Shown in pieces: positions 9,430-19,036 of a stretch of 61,901 bases of DNA. The position numbers were made by a program, and so were the translations under genes. The notes beneath the pieces are model-generated. The model was not told the origin of the DNA. It saw only the letters and a list, made by a program, of their open reading frames with translations, and made no database searches. The stretch is taken from assembly GCA_964249375.1 (NCBI GenBank), contig CAXUCK010000002.1, positions 1 to 61,901 on the forward strand, written 5' to 3'. This DNA comes from an uncultured Acidobacteriaceae bacterium (GTDB taxonomy: Bacteria; Acidobacteriota; Terriglobia; Terriglobales; Acidobacteriaceae). Every line of letters starts with the position of its first letter. Positions within the stretch are counted from its first letter, which is position 1.

Positions 9430-10875
9430 TTAGTGTCCCGCGACGCGGACGGTGAAGGTAAACACAGAACCCTGTCCGGGCTGGCTGGTGACCTCGATCG
9501 TGCCGCCATGCGCGTTCGCGATCGCACGGCCGATCGCCAGGCCCATGCCTGTTCCGGGAACATGTCCCGCACGTTCTCGCGAACGATAAAACTTGTCAAA
9601 GATCAATTCCTGTTCAAGAGGGTCGATCCCCACTCCGCGGTCGGCAATGCTGATTGCCAGCACGTCTCCGCGCGGTTCTGCCGTGATAAAGATCGGATCG
9701 CCTGCTTTGGAGTATTTCGCGGCGTTTTCCAGCAAGTTGACAGTGAGCTTAATGAGCCACTCCGGGTCGGCCTCAATCATGGGCAGATCTGAAGGTATTT
9801 GCATCGTTACTGGATGTGCCAGCAGAGATGAAGCAGCTTCCCCTAAGGCCTGCTCCAGCAGGAGGCGCGCATTCAGCGGGGACAGAGTCATCGAGACTTC
9901 CAACGTGTCTAGTTTTGCCATCTCGACTGACTGGGTGACCAGGTGGTCAAGGCGATCTGTCTCTTCTTCGATGATTGCCAGAAGCTCTGAAGAACTGGCG
10001 TCAGCCGTCTTGCCGGTTCGCAAGGTACTGACGGAAACTTTGATTGCCGTAAGCGGCGAACGGAACTCATGCGTGATCGAGTCCATCATCATCGTCCGCA
10101 ACCGTTCACTTTCCTTAGCTGCTTCTGCCTTGGTGACCTCGTCAACCGCCTGTGCGCGGTCGAGCGAAACTGAGACCAGCCCCCCGACTGCTTCGAGTGT
10201 TGGCAAGGAGTAGTGAACGCCGTTCAAGAGCAACACTCCACGGGGCCGAACGCCGGTGCGAAGTGGGATGGTGGCCTCCCGTGTCTCGCGATTCCAGGAT
10301 GCGGACGATGCATTCGCAAGAGCGCGGAGCTCCGCTGGGCCAAGCGGGGCCGACCGGGGGGTACCGTCGAGGTACACCTTATCGCCCTGCAAGAGATAGA
10401 AGACCACCGAACGGGCCCGACACGCCCTTGCGACCGCGCTTGGAACGGTGTTCGTCAGGACGGAGAGTTCGTCTGTTTGGATCAAGGCGCGGCTGAGGCT
10501 ATACAAGACTTCGAGTTCGGACTGTCGAACAAGGGCCTGCCGCGATTCCTCGCGGACGCGTTCCGACATACGGCTGGAAACAACGGACGTAATCAGCAGC
10601 ACCAGAAGCGCCACAAGATTCTGCGGGTCTGAGACGGTAAAGGTGTGCACTGGCGGCAGAAAGAAGAAGTTGTAACAGGCTGTCGCCGCAAGCGAACCTG
10701 CAATGGCGTATCGCAACCCCCATCGCGTCGAGAGAAATAAGACGAAGAGGAGATAGGTGAGCGCTACTGTGGTGGTGTTGACCTTGACGTAGCGGTCGTA
10801 CCCCAAGGTGATGGCCGCCAGTCCAGCGGCGGCGCCGACCCAGCGCATGAGAGCGATGTTTCGTTCAGAGTTCAC
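9430..10875 (-). CDS. kdpD: Membrane/kinase half of split KdpD (4 TM DUF4118 + GAF-like + HisKA + HATPase)
   Basis: YNFFFLPPVHTFTVSDPQN TM signature, H-box ITHEFRSPL, NLLENAAKYS, DRGVGI, IFDKFYR, GTGMGLAI. The first ~340 aa of the 824-aa ORF are a shadow of the opposite gene. Start is GTG 10875 or ATG 10848. Confidence 0.88.
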   Translation of the reverse strand: MNSERNIALMRWVGAAAGLAAITLGYDRYVKVNTTTVALTYLLFVLFLSTRWGLRYAIAGSLAATACYNFFFLPPVHTFTVSDPQNLVALLVLLITSVVSSRMSERVREESRQALVRQSELEVLYSLSRALIQTDELSVLTNTVPSAVARACRARSVVFYLLQGDKVYLDGTPRSAPLGPAELRALANASSASWNRETREATIPLRTGVRPRGVLLLNGVHYSLPTLEAVGGLVSVSLDRAQAVDEVTKAEAAKESERLRTMMMDSITHEFRSPLTAIKVSVSTLRTGKTADASSSELLAIIEEETDRLDHLVTQSVEMAKLDTLEVSMTLSPLNARLLLEQALGEAASSLLAHPVTMQIPSDLPMIEADPEWLIKLTVNLLENAAKYSKAGDPIFITAEPRGDVLAISIADRGVGIDPLEQELIFDKFYRSRERAGHVPGTGMGLAIGRAIANAHGGTIEVTSQPGQGSVFTFTVRVAGH

Positions 10876-10893
10876 AACTGAGATGATAGGTTC
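10876..10893. promoter_or_regulatory. Candidate bidirectional -10 element between the two kdpD halves
   Basis: Minus strand: TATCAT (10888-10883) 7 nt before GTG 10875. Plus strand: TGn-GATGAT (10882-10887) 6 nt before ATG 10894. Confidence 0.5.
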
Positions 10894-12039
10894 ATGAGCA
10901 CTCCGGCAGACACTCGAAAGAAGCGCCCTGAGGATTGGCTGGCCAGCGCCGAACAAATGGAGCGGCAGAAAGGGCGCCTTAAGGTCTTTCTGGGGTATGC
11001 GCCCGGAGTCGGAAAGACCTTCATGATGTTGAGCGAAGGGATTCGCCGCGCCAGCCGGGGCGAAGATGTCGTGATCGGGGTCGTGGAAACGCATGGTCGC
11101 ACCGGAACAGCCGCGCTTGCAGAGAAGATCGAGCAGGTGCCACGGACAGCGCTCGACTACAAAGGAACGTTGTTTCAGGAGATGGACGTCAACGCGATCC
11201 TGGCAAGGAAGCCGCAGATCGCCCTGATTGATGAACTCGCCCATACGAACGTGGAGGGCAGCCGGTTTCCAAAGCGCTACCAGGATGTGTTCGCTCTGCT
11301 GGACGCCAAAATCGATGTGCTGACCACGGTCAACATCCAGCACATTGAAAGTTTGACGCCGCGTGTGCAGTCGCTGACCGGCATCACCGTGCGCGAGACC
11401 GTGCCGGACTGGGTGCTCGACCGTGCCGACGAGATCGTGATCAGCGACGTGACACCGGAGGCGCTGGTGACCCGCATGCGCCGAGGAGACATTTACCCTC
11501 TGGAGCGCGCTGAACGTGCGCTCGCCAACTTCTTTCGCCGAGGCAATCTGATCGCGCTCCGCGAGATGGCACTGCAGCGCGTGACCCGCGCGGTGGATCG
11601 GACGCTTGACGAGTATGTCGCCCGAAAGCGCCTGGGAGCGCACTGGGCCGTCGCGGAGAAGGTGGCCGTCTGCATCAGTGCGAGCGCTACCGCGCGGGAC
11701 CTGATCGCTCGGGGTGCTCGTCTGGCACAGGCGACGGACGCCGAGTTCTACGTGTTGCACTTCGACACGAACCGCGATCGCGACGGCGATGGAGCACGAT
11801 CGCTGCAAGAGAACTTCGAGTTTGCGACCAATCTTGGAGCACGGGTGGTTCACCTGAGCGGATCCAACGTTGCGCTCGCCTCCGCAAAGTTTGCAACCGA
11901 GCAACGGATGACGCAGGTGATTTTTGGTCGTTCCGCGCTTACCGGTCTAAAAAAGTACCTTTACTTCCGCGCCATACAGCAGTTCGCGGCCGCCGCACCG
12001 CACGTCGACCTACATATCATCACCCAGGAAAAACACTGA
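10894..12039 (+). CDS. kdpD: Soluble N-terminal half of split KdpD (KdpD sensor domain + Usp domain)
   Basis: GRLKVFLGYAPGVGKT, VETHGR, DELAHTN, TTVNIQHIESL, GNLIALRE, then a Usp domain. No TM helices and no kinase domain. Confidence 0.92.
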   Translation: MSTPADTRKKRPEDWLASAEQMERQKGRLKVFLGYAPGVGKTFMMLSEGIRRASRGEDVVIGVVETHGRTGTAALAEKIEQVPRTALDYKGTLFQEMDVNAILARKPQIALIDELAHTNVEGSRFPKRYQDVFALLDAKIDVLTTVNIQHIESLTPRVQSLTGITVRETVPDWVLDRADEIVISDVTPEALVTRMRRGDIYPLERAERALANFFRRGNLIALREMALQRVTRAVDRTLDEYVARKRLGAHWAVAEKVAVCISASATARDLIARGARLAQATDAEFYVLHFDTNRDRDGDGARSLQENFEFATNLGARVVHLSGSNVALASAKFATEQRMTQVIFGRSALTGLKKYLYFRAIQQFAAAAPHVDLHIITQEKH

Positions 12040-12041
12040 AT

Positions 12042-12737
12042 ATGAAGATCTTGATCGTCGACGACGAGCGGCAAATCGTGCGCGCGTTGCGCGCGTCGTT
12101 GCAGAGCCACGGCTTCGAGGTCTCGACCGCGCCTGACGCTCTGGAGGCGCTGGAGATGTTCGACCAGGTCCGGCCCGATCTGCTGATTACGGATCTTTCC
12201 ATGCCCGACATGGACGGCGTGGAACTTACCAAGGCGCTTCGGAGGTTCACCGACATCCCGATCATCGTCCTCTCGGTTCGCAATCAGGATGCGCAGAAGG
12301 TATTGGCGCTCGACAGCGGAGCGGACGACTACATGACGAAGCCATTCAGCGTGACCGAACTCCTCGCCCGCGTACGGGCCCAGCTCCGTCGGCGCGGCGA
12401 ACCTGCCGCACAGCCCAGCAACATCCAGGCGGGCGACTTCCTGATCGACATCGAGGCGCATCGGATCGTCGTTCGTGATGAGGAACTTCATCTTTCGCCG
12501 AAAGAGTTCGATCTGCTCCTGCTCCTGGCCAGAAACGCTGGCCGAGTTCTCACACATAAAGTACTGCTGCGTGGGGTCTGGGGTCCGGGCGGTGAGGACC
12601 AGCCCGACTACCTCCGTGTTCTGGTAGCGCAGCTTCGCAAGAAGATCGATGTGCCCGGCAGCGAAAGCTACATCGAAAATGAACCCTGGGTGGGATACCG
12701 CTTCCGCCCAGAGCCAAAGGCTCATACGGATTTTTAG
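12042..12737 (+). CDS. kdpE: OmpR-family response regulator KdpE
   Basis: VDDE, DLSMPDMDG, GADDYMTKPF, wHTH YLRVLVAQLRKK, EPWVGYR; kdp context. Confidence 0.9.
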   Translation: MKILIVDDERQIVRALRASLQSHGFEVSTAPDALEALEMFDQVRPDLLITDLSMPDMDGVELTKALRRFTDIPIIVLSVRNQDAQKVLALDSGADDYMTKPFSVTELLARVRAQLRRRGEPAAQPSNIQAGDFLIDIEAHRIVVRDEELHLSPKEFDLLLLLARNAGRVLTHKVLLRGVWGPGGEDQPDYLRVLVAQLRKKIDVPGSESYIENEPWVGYRFRPEPKAHTDF

Positions 12738-12768
12738 CGCGTTTCGTACGGACTTCCTTCGCGCCTCA
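12725..12768 (+). promoter_or_regulatory. Tandem direct repeats, candidate KdpE operator
   Basis: TACGGAtTT at 12725 and TACGGAcTT at 12747 (22-bp period), with CGCG units in between on an 11-bp phase, just upstream of the porin gene. Confidence 0.45.
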
Positions 12769-12799
12769 GAGTTCTACTGGGAGGGTGAGGTTTCCTAAG

Positions 12800-14266
12800 A
12801 TGTTCCGTAGGTCTGTTGTTACATTTCTGCTGTTCGCTGTACCGCCATGCTTCTCGCAATCTTCGGATCGCACGACCACATCCCCTGCTGACGTAAAAAC
12901 AAGTCAAGCACCTACGACGCAGGGACCGGGTGCCGTTTCAGGAGACTTCTTTCTCCGTCTTGCGAACGCCTACCGCGAGGACTGGCATCCCACACAACCC
13001 GCAGGTGCGGCCCCGGCTCGCCGCGGGTTTGATGCACCCCTGGACTCGACTCCTTTTCCGAGCTCCGATTACTCCGTCGGCGGTTCGCCGACCATCGGCG
13101 CACCCGATACACAGACCTACCCGCTGATGCAAGCCATCAACGGCAACCGCAGCCGTACCAAGATCTATGGCTGGTTCAACGGCGGCTTCAATGTCAGCAC
13201 ATCCAATAAAGGTGATGGTGCGAACTCCCCCGCCGCCTACTATTACAACCCGAACCGCATCACGCCAGACCAGCAGGTCCTCTACATCGAACGCCTGCCG
13301 AACACCGTACAGACCGACCACGTGGATTGGGGATTCCGTATTGCGCAGCTGTATGGGCAGGACTACCGCTATACCACCACCAAGGGCATCTTTTCGCAGC
13401 AGCTGCTTGCCCGTAACCACGAGTACGGCTACGACCCGGTCATGTTCTACCTCGACATCTACGTTCCGCATGTCGCCCAGGGAATGAACATCCGCATCGG
13501 CCGCTACATCTCGCTGCCGGACATCGAAGCCCAGCTCGCGCCCAACAATTACACCTACTCGCACTCTCTTCTGTATACCGTCGACCCCTACACCCAGACA
13601 GGAATCGTCGCCACCATCAAGCTGTCGGATCACTGGTTGGTGCAGGGCGGTTTCTCCGGCGGCAATGATGTCGCGCCTTGGACGAAGGATGTCCAGCCTA
13701 CGGGTACGGCCTGCGTGGACTACACGTGGCACAAGGGGGGCGATGCACTGTACACCTGCGCCAACTCCTTCAATAAGGGCAATTATGCCTACAATAATGT
13801 GCAGAGTTACTACGAGACCTGGTATCACAAGTTCAACGCCAAGTGGCATACAGACACTGAGACCTGGTACATGTACGAGCGCAACGTGCCCAACGTGGCA
13901 GGCAATCTTGCGCCGGGACAGACCGCGGTCCCGACGGAGACGGGAGCGAATGGCGCGTTCTGCTCCTACGGAAAAACAAGATGCTTCGCGCCGGAAGTAG
14001 CGGTTGTGAATTACGTGGAACACGAGTTCAACACGCATAACTACCTCTCCATCCGGAATGAGTTCGTGGACGACATCAAAGGCCAGCGCACCGGCTTCGC
14101 GACGAAGTACTCCGAGCACCTGCTCAGCTATGGTCACTGGATTGGGTCCACCATCCTGTTTCGCCCCGAGTTGCGGCTGGAGCACTCATACGATCTCGCG
14201 GCTTATGATCTCGGGACCAAAAAGACGCAGTTCATCGTTGCTGGCGACCTCACCTACCACTTCTAA
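12800..14266 (+). CDS. Putative outer-membrane beta-barrel porin (DUF1597/BBP2-like)
   Basis: Signal peptide, Tyr/Gly/Asn-rich alternating strands, GRYISLPDIEAQLAPNNY, C-terminal ...LTYHF. Start is ATG 12800 or GTG 12785. Confidence 0.75.
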   Translation: MFRRSVVTFLLFAVPPCFSQSSDRTTTSPADVKTSQAPTTQGPGAVSGDFFLRLANAYREDWHPTQPAGAAPARRGFDAPLDSTPFPSSDYSVGGSPTIGAPDTQTYPLMQAINGNRSRTKIYGWFNGGFNVSTSNKGDGANSPAAYYYNPNRITPDQQVLYIERLPNTVQTDHVDWGFRIAQLYGQDYRYTTTKGIFSQQLLARNHEYGYDPVMFYLDIYVPHVAQGMNIRIGRYISLPDIEAQLAPNNYTYSHSLLYTVDPYTQTGIVATIKLSDHWLVQGGFSGGNDVAPWTKDVQPTGTACVDYTWHKGGDALYTCANSFNKGNYAYNNVQSYYETWYHKFNAKWHTDTETWYMYERNVPNVAGNLAPGQTAVPTETGANGAFCSYGKTRCFAPEVAVVNYVEHEFNTHNYLSIRNEFVDDIKGQRTGFATKYSEHLLSYGHWIGSTILFRPELRLEHSYDLAAYDLGTKKTQFIVAGDLTYHF

Positions 14267-14287
14267 TCGTTTACTCGGGAGCGCCTC

Positions 14288-14392
14288 ATGCTGGATGTCG
14301 TCTACCTCGTTTCCACTGCTGCGTGTTTTGCGGTCGCACTGGTCTACATCACCGCCTGCGAGCACTTGAAAGGAAGGCCCTCGGTTGATTGA
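14288..14392 (+). CDS. 34-aa single-TM kdp-associated peptide (KdpZ-like)
   Basis: GGGAG RBS then MLDVVYLVSTAACFAVALVYITACEHLKGRPSVD*; overlaps the kdpF start. Below the ORF-track cutoff. Confidence 0.7.
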   Translation: MLDVVYLVSTAACFAVALVYITACEHLKGRPSVD

Positions 14393-14471
14393 GAACGCTA
14401 TCCTCCTTACCCTTGCCCTCACCTTGATGGTCTACCTCGTATACGCCCTGCTGCGTCCGGAGAAGTTCTGA
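14385..14471 (+). CDS. kdpF: K+-transporting ATPase subunit F
   Basis: AAGGAAGG RBS, TTG start, MIENAILLTLALTLMVYLVYALLRPEKF* with the YL-YAL--PEKF signature; TGATG overlap with kdpA. Confidence 0.9.
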   Translation: MIENAILLTLALTLMVYLVYALLRPEKF

Positions 14472-16234
14472 TGACCGTCAATGGCTGGCTACAAATCGCT
14501 CTGTTCTTTGTCTGCGTTTTCGCGCTGACCAAGCCCATGGGCGCATACCTGACCCAAGTCTTCGAGCGGCGCCGCACATGGCTGGACCCATTGCTCAACC
14601 CGGTGGAGCGACTCCTGTATCGGGCAACCGGCATCCGCGCCGAGGAGGAAATGCGCTGGACCGAATACCTCGCCTCCATGCTGCTCTTTAGCGCCGCCAC
14701 CCTTGTGCTGACCTATGCCGTGGAGCGCCTGCAGGAGCATCTTCCATGGAACCCCCAACACCTGGCCGGAGTCGCACCGGATCTTGCTTGGAACACCGCC
14801 ATCTCGTTCACCACCAACACAAATTGGCAGTCGTACACGCCCGAAACGACCATGAGCTACTTCACCCAGATGTTTGCGCTGGCCACGCATAACTTCTGGT
14901 CGGCAGCGGTCGGTCTGGCGCTCGCCATCGCCTTCATTCGCGGCATTGCGCGTCGGGAGATGCAGACGCTCGGCAACTTCTGGGTGGACCTGACGCGCGG
15001 AATCCTTTGGGTCCTGCTGCCCATCTCAACCGTCTTCGCCATCGCGCTGGTCGCTCAGGGTGTTCCGCAGAACATGCGCGCGTACGACACGGCCAAGCTC
15101 GTCGAAGCGCAGACCGTCACCGGCACCGATGGCAAACCCGCCACCGTGACGACACAGACGATCGCGCAGGGGCCGGTCGCCTCACAGGAAGCCATCAAGA
15201 TGCTCGGCACCAATGGCGGCGGCTTCTTCAATGCCAATAGCGCGCACCCCTTTGAGAATCCGACACCGCTCACCAACTTTCTGCAACTGCTTTCCATCTT
15301 CCTCATTCCCGCAGGTCTGACCTACACGCTGGGTCAATTGGTGAACTCTCACCACCACGGCTGGGCCGTGTTCGGCGCGATGTCCGTGCTCTGGTTTGCC
15401 GGCGTCGCTAGCTGCTACTGGGCGGAGTCGCGACCAGCACCGGCACTGCACGGTGTCTCACAGCAGGCCTCGGATCTGCAGGCCGGCGGCAACATGGAAG
15501 GCAAGGAAGTCCGCTTCGGCATCGCGAACTCTGCGCTTTTCGCGACCGTCACAACGGATGCGAGTTGCGGCGCAGTCAACGCCATGCATGACTCCTTCAC
15601 GCCGCTTGGCGGGATGGTGCCGATGGTCAACATCCTGCTTGGAGAGGTTGTCTTTGGTGGCGTCGGGGCAGGTATGTACGGCATGCTGATCTTCGTCATC
15701 CTGTCGGTCTTCATCGCCGGCCTGATGGTCGGTCGAACTCCTGAATACCTGGGCAAAAAGATCGAAGCGTACGACATCCAGATGTCTATGTTGTACCTGC
15801 TGATCTTTCCGCTGGTGATCCTCGGCTTCTCGGCGATCACAGTGCTCTCTCCCAACCTGGGCCTGTCGAGCCTTGCAAATCACGGTCCACACGGCTTGTC
15901 AGAGATCCTCTACGCCTACACCTCGGCGACAGGAAACAACGGCTCTGCTTTCGCGGGTCTGAACGCCAATACGCATTGGTTCAATACGACGCTCGGGATA
16001 GCCATGTTCATCGGTCGCTTCCTCATGCTGATTCCGATGCTGGCCATCGCCGGCAATCTTGCGGCGAAAAAGAGCATACCCGTCACGTCGGGTACCTTCC
16101 CGGTCACGACGCCGCTGTTCACTACGCTGCTGACTGGCGTGATCGTCATTGTCGGCGCTCTTACCTTCTTTCCTGTCCTCGCACTTGGACCGGTGCTCGA
16201 GCATCTTGTGATGCGCGCCGGCCAGAGCTTCTAG
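14471..16234 (+). CDS. kdpA: K+-transporting ATPase subunit A
   Basis: Filter motifs [34 protein letters not shown]. Confidence 0.97.
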   Translation: MTVNGWLQIALFFVCVFALTKPMGAYLTQVFERRRTWLDPLLNPVERLLYRATGIRAEEEMRWTEYLASMLLFSAATLVLTYAVERLQEHLPWNPQHLAGVAPDLAWNTAISFTTNTNWQSYTPETTMSYFTQMFALATHNFWSAAVGLALAIAFIRGIARREMQTLGNFWVDLTRGILWVLLPISTVFAIALVAQGVPQNMRAYDTAKLVEAQTVTGTDGKPATVTTQTIAQGPVASQEAIKMLGTNGGGFFNANSAHPFENPTPLTNFLQLLSIFLIPAGLTYTLGQLVNSHHHGWAVFGAMSVLWFAGVASCYWAESRPAPALHGVSQQASDLQAGGNMEGKEVRFGIANSALFATVTTDASCGAVNAMHDSFTPLGGMVPMVNILLGEVVFGGVGAGMYGMLIFVILSVFIAGLMVGRTPEYLGKKIEAYDIQMSMLYLLIFPLVILGFSAITVLSPNLGLSSLANHGPHGLSEILYAYTSATGNNGSAFAGLNANTHWFNTTLGIAMFIGRFLMLIPMLAIAGNLAAKKSIPVTSGTFPVTTPLFTTLLTGVIVIVGALTFFPVLALGPVLEHLVMRAGQSF

Positions 16235-16248
16235 TCCACGGAGACTTC

Positions 16249-18294
16249 ATGCCCGTTACAAACAAGAACCGTCGCTCCCTGTTTGACCCGCAGATGATGA
16301 GTCGCGCAAGCATCGACGCGCTGGGGAAGCTGAAGCCCACGACCATGATGAAGAATCCGGTCATGTTTCTCGTGGAGGTCGGGAGCGTCCTTACCACCGT
16401 CCTGCTGTTCACGGACCATCTGCGCCATCAAGGGCACTTCCGCTTTGACCTGCAGATCACGCTGTGGCTGTGGTTCACGGTGCTATTTGCAAATTTCGCT
16501 GAAGCGATGGCCGAGGGTCGAGGCAAAGCCCAGGCCGATGCTCTACGCCGCGCAAAATCGGAGACCACGGCGTATGTCGTTCGCAAGGGTGGCACTGTCG
16601 AGGAAGTTCCGAGCTCACAGCTTCGCGCTGAAGACGTGGTCCGCGTGGCTGCGAGCCAGATGATTCCGGGGGATGGCGAGGTGATCGAAGGTGTCGCCTC
16701 AGTCGATGAGTCGGCCATAACGGGCGAGTCTGCGCCGGTTATCCGAGAGGCAGGCGGCGACCGGTCTGCGGTTACGGGCGGAACACGTGTGCTGTCGGAT
16801 GTCATCACCGTACGCATCACGTCGAACCCCGGCGAGACATTCCTGGACCGCATGATTGCGTTGGTCGAAGGCGCCGAACGCCAAAAGACTCCGAACGAGA
16901 TTGCTCTCAACATTCTGCTCGCCGGTCTCACGATTATCTTCCTGCTCGCGGTGGTCACGTTGCAGCCATTCGCGATTTACTCGGGTGCGAAGCAGACGGT
17001 GTTCGTGCTGATCTCACTGCTTGTCTGTCTCATCCCCACCACCATCGGAGGTCTGCTCTCTGCCATCGGCATCGCCGGCATGGACCGTCTCGTCCAGCAC
17101 AATGTGCTTGCCACGTCAGGCCGCGCCGTGGAAGCTGCTGGGGATGTCAACACACTGCTGCTCGACAAGACGGGCACCATCACGATCGGCAACCGCCAAG
17201 CCTCCGAATTCCTGCCCGCCCCGGGTGTCACCGCTGCGCAACTCGCCGACGCAGCTCAGCTTTCCTCCTTGCCCGATGAGACCCCGGAAGGTCGTTCCGT
17301 TGTGGTGCTGGCTAAAGAGAAGTACGGGCTGCGCGGACGCGAACTCGCCCAACTCGATGCGCAGTTCATCCCGTTCAGCGCGACGACCCGCATGTCCGGC
17401 TTAGACATGGGTAGCAGAAGTATTCGTAAGGGCGCGGTTGATGCGCTGGCGCGCTACCTGCAGGAAGCGGGATCTTCCCTTCCAGCGGAGGTGCGCGATA
17501 CTGTGGACACCGTCGCGCGCAGTGGAGGCACGCCGCTGGTTGTTGCGGAAAATGGGCGCGCCCTGGGTGTGATCCACTTGAAGGATGTGGTGAAAGGTGG
17601 CATGAAGGAGCGCTTCGATCAGCTGCGCGCCATGGGCATCCGCACCGTCATGATTACCGGTGACAACCCGCTCACCGCCGCCGCCATCGCGCGCGAAGCA
17701 GGCGTGGATGACTTCCTGGCCGAAGCCAAGCCGAAGGACAAGATGGATCTGATCAAGCGCGAGCAGGCCCAGGGCAAGCTCGTCGCCATGACCGGCGACG
17801 GCACCAACGACGCACCCGCGCTCGCCCAGGCAGACGTAGGCGTGGCCATGAACTCGGGCACACAGGCAGCCAAGGAAGCCGGCAACATGGTCGATCTCGA
17901 CTCCAACCCCACAAAGTTGATCGAGATCGTCGCCATCGGCAAGCAGCTGCTGATGACACGAGGCGCACTTACGACCTTCTCCATCTCGAACGATGTGGCA
18001 AAATACTTTGCCATCATTCCGGCCATGTTCGCTGGCGTCTTCCCGGTGCTGAACGCGCTGAACATTATGCGCCTGCACTCGCCGGAGTCGGCGATCCTCT
18101 CAGCCGTCATCTTCAATGCCGTCATTATTATTGCGCTCATCCCGCTTGCGTTACGCGGCGTCTCGTATAAGCCCATGTCGGCCGCCGCGCTGCTCCAGAG
18201 AAACCTTCTCGTCTACGGTGTTGGCGGCATCATTGTGCCATTCCTCGGCATCAAGACCATCGACATCCTGATCACCGCGATTCACCTCGCCTAA
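16249..18294 (+). CDS. kdpB: K+-transporting P-type ATPase subunit B
   Basis: [30 protein letters not shown]. Start at ATG 16249 after GGAG. Confidence 0.97.
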   Translation: MPVTNKNRRSLFDPQMMSRASIDALGKLKPTTMMKNPVMFLVEVGSVLTTVLLFTDHLRHQGHFRFDLQITLWLWFTVLFANFAEAMAEGRGKAQADALRRAKSETTAYVVRKGGTVEEVPSSQLRAEDVVRVAASQMIPGDGEVIEGVASVDESAITGESAPVIREAGGDRSAVTGGTRVLSDVITVRITSNPGETFLDRMIALVEGAERQKTPNEIALNILLAGLTIIFLLAVVTLQPFAIYSGAKQTVFVLISLLVCLIPTTIGGLLSAIGIAGMDRLVQHNVLATSGRAVEAAGDVNTLLLDKTGTITIGNRQASEFLPAPGVTAAQLADAAQLSSLPDETPEGRSVVVLAKEKYGLRGRELAQLDAQFIPFSATTRMSGLDMGSRSIRKGAVDALARYLQEAGSSLPAEVRDTVDTVARSGGTPLVVAENGRALGVIHLKDVVKGGMKERFDQLRAMGIRTVMITGDNPLTAAAIAREAGVDDFLAEAKPKDKMDLIKREQAQGKLVAMTGDGTNDAPALAQADVGVAMNSGTQAAKEAGNMVDLDSNPTKLIEIVAIGKQLLMTRGALTTFSISNDVAKYFAIIPAMFAGVFPVLNALNIMRLHSPESAILSAVIFNAVIIIALIPLALRGVSYKPMSAAALLQRNLLVYGVGGIIVPFLGIKTIDILITAIHLA

Positions 18295-18310
18295 CCGTCA
18301 AAGGCTCGAC

Positions 18311-18871
18311 ATGAAGAAGCACATCGTTACCGCATTGCTTTATACAGCCATCACGGCAGTTGTACTCGGGCTGGGCTACCCGCTTGGTGTCGCTGCAGTC
18401 GCGCGCATCGCATTTCCGGCGAAGGCGAACGGTCAGCTCCTCCACGACGCCAAGGGCCAACTCATCGGTTCAGCCCTTATCGGACAGCCTTTCACCGGAG
18501 CGAACTACTTTCATAGTCGGCCTTCCAATGCCGGAACGGGGTATGACGCCGCATCTTCCGCCGGATCGAATCTTGGGCCTACTAGTAAAGCTCTCTCAGA
18601 CCGCATTCAGCAAAGCGTCACTGCGCAGAGGCAATCCCCGGTGCCGATCGATCTCGTGACGACATCGGCCTCAGGCCTCGATCCAGACATCACTCCAGCA
18701 GCAGCCATGTTTCAGGTTTCGAGGATCGCTCATGCTCGCGGGCTGAGCGAAGACAAAGTCCGTGCTCTCGTGACATCCCACATCTCCCCCCGACAGTTTG
18801 CCGTCCTGGGCGAACCCCGAGTCAACGTGCTTCTTCTAAACGAGGCATTAGATCAGCAGCCGACTCAGTAG
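18311..18871 (+). CDS. kdpC: K+-transporting ATPase subunit C
   Basis: GSALIGQ, YFHSRPS, SNLGPT, TSASGLDPDI, GEPRVNVLLLN. Confidence 0.96.
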   Translation: MKKHIVTALLYTAITAVVLGLGYPLGVAAVARIAFPAKANGQLLHDAKGQLIGSALIGQPFTGANYFHSRPSNAGTGYDAASSAGSNLGPTSKALSDRIQQSVTAQRQSPVPIDLVTTSASGLDPDITPAAAMFQVSRIAHARGLSEDKVRALVTSHISPRQFAVLGEPRVNVLLLNEALDQQPTQ

Positions 18872-19036
18872 ATGGGTCGGCTGCAGTGGAAAGCAGCGAT
18901 GGAGAAAGTCACGACAGAAAGCCGCGGGATGCTCTGCACCGAACGGTATTGCCGAACTGAGAGTAGCTGCTCGCACACGTTGTGTCCGGTCAGATGAGTA
19001 CCAATCTGACAGCTCTCAGCGTAATCACGCACCGGC

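Noticed and set aside
10876-11904. N-terminal ~340 aa of the 824-aa minus-strand ORF as a real overlapping extension of the kinase
   Set aside because: It is the antisense shadow of the KdpD N-terminal gene, has non-protein-like composition, and kinase homology starts only near 10875.
18957-19019. Branched hairpin (CTGAGAG/CTCTCAG enclosing GTCAGAT/ATCTGAC) as a hammerhead ribozyme
   Set aside because: The core reads CAGATGAG rather than CTGANGA, and there is no properly placed GAAA. More likely a structure between convergent genes.
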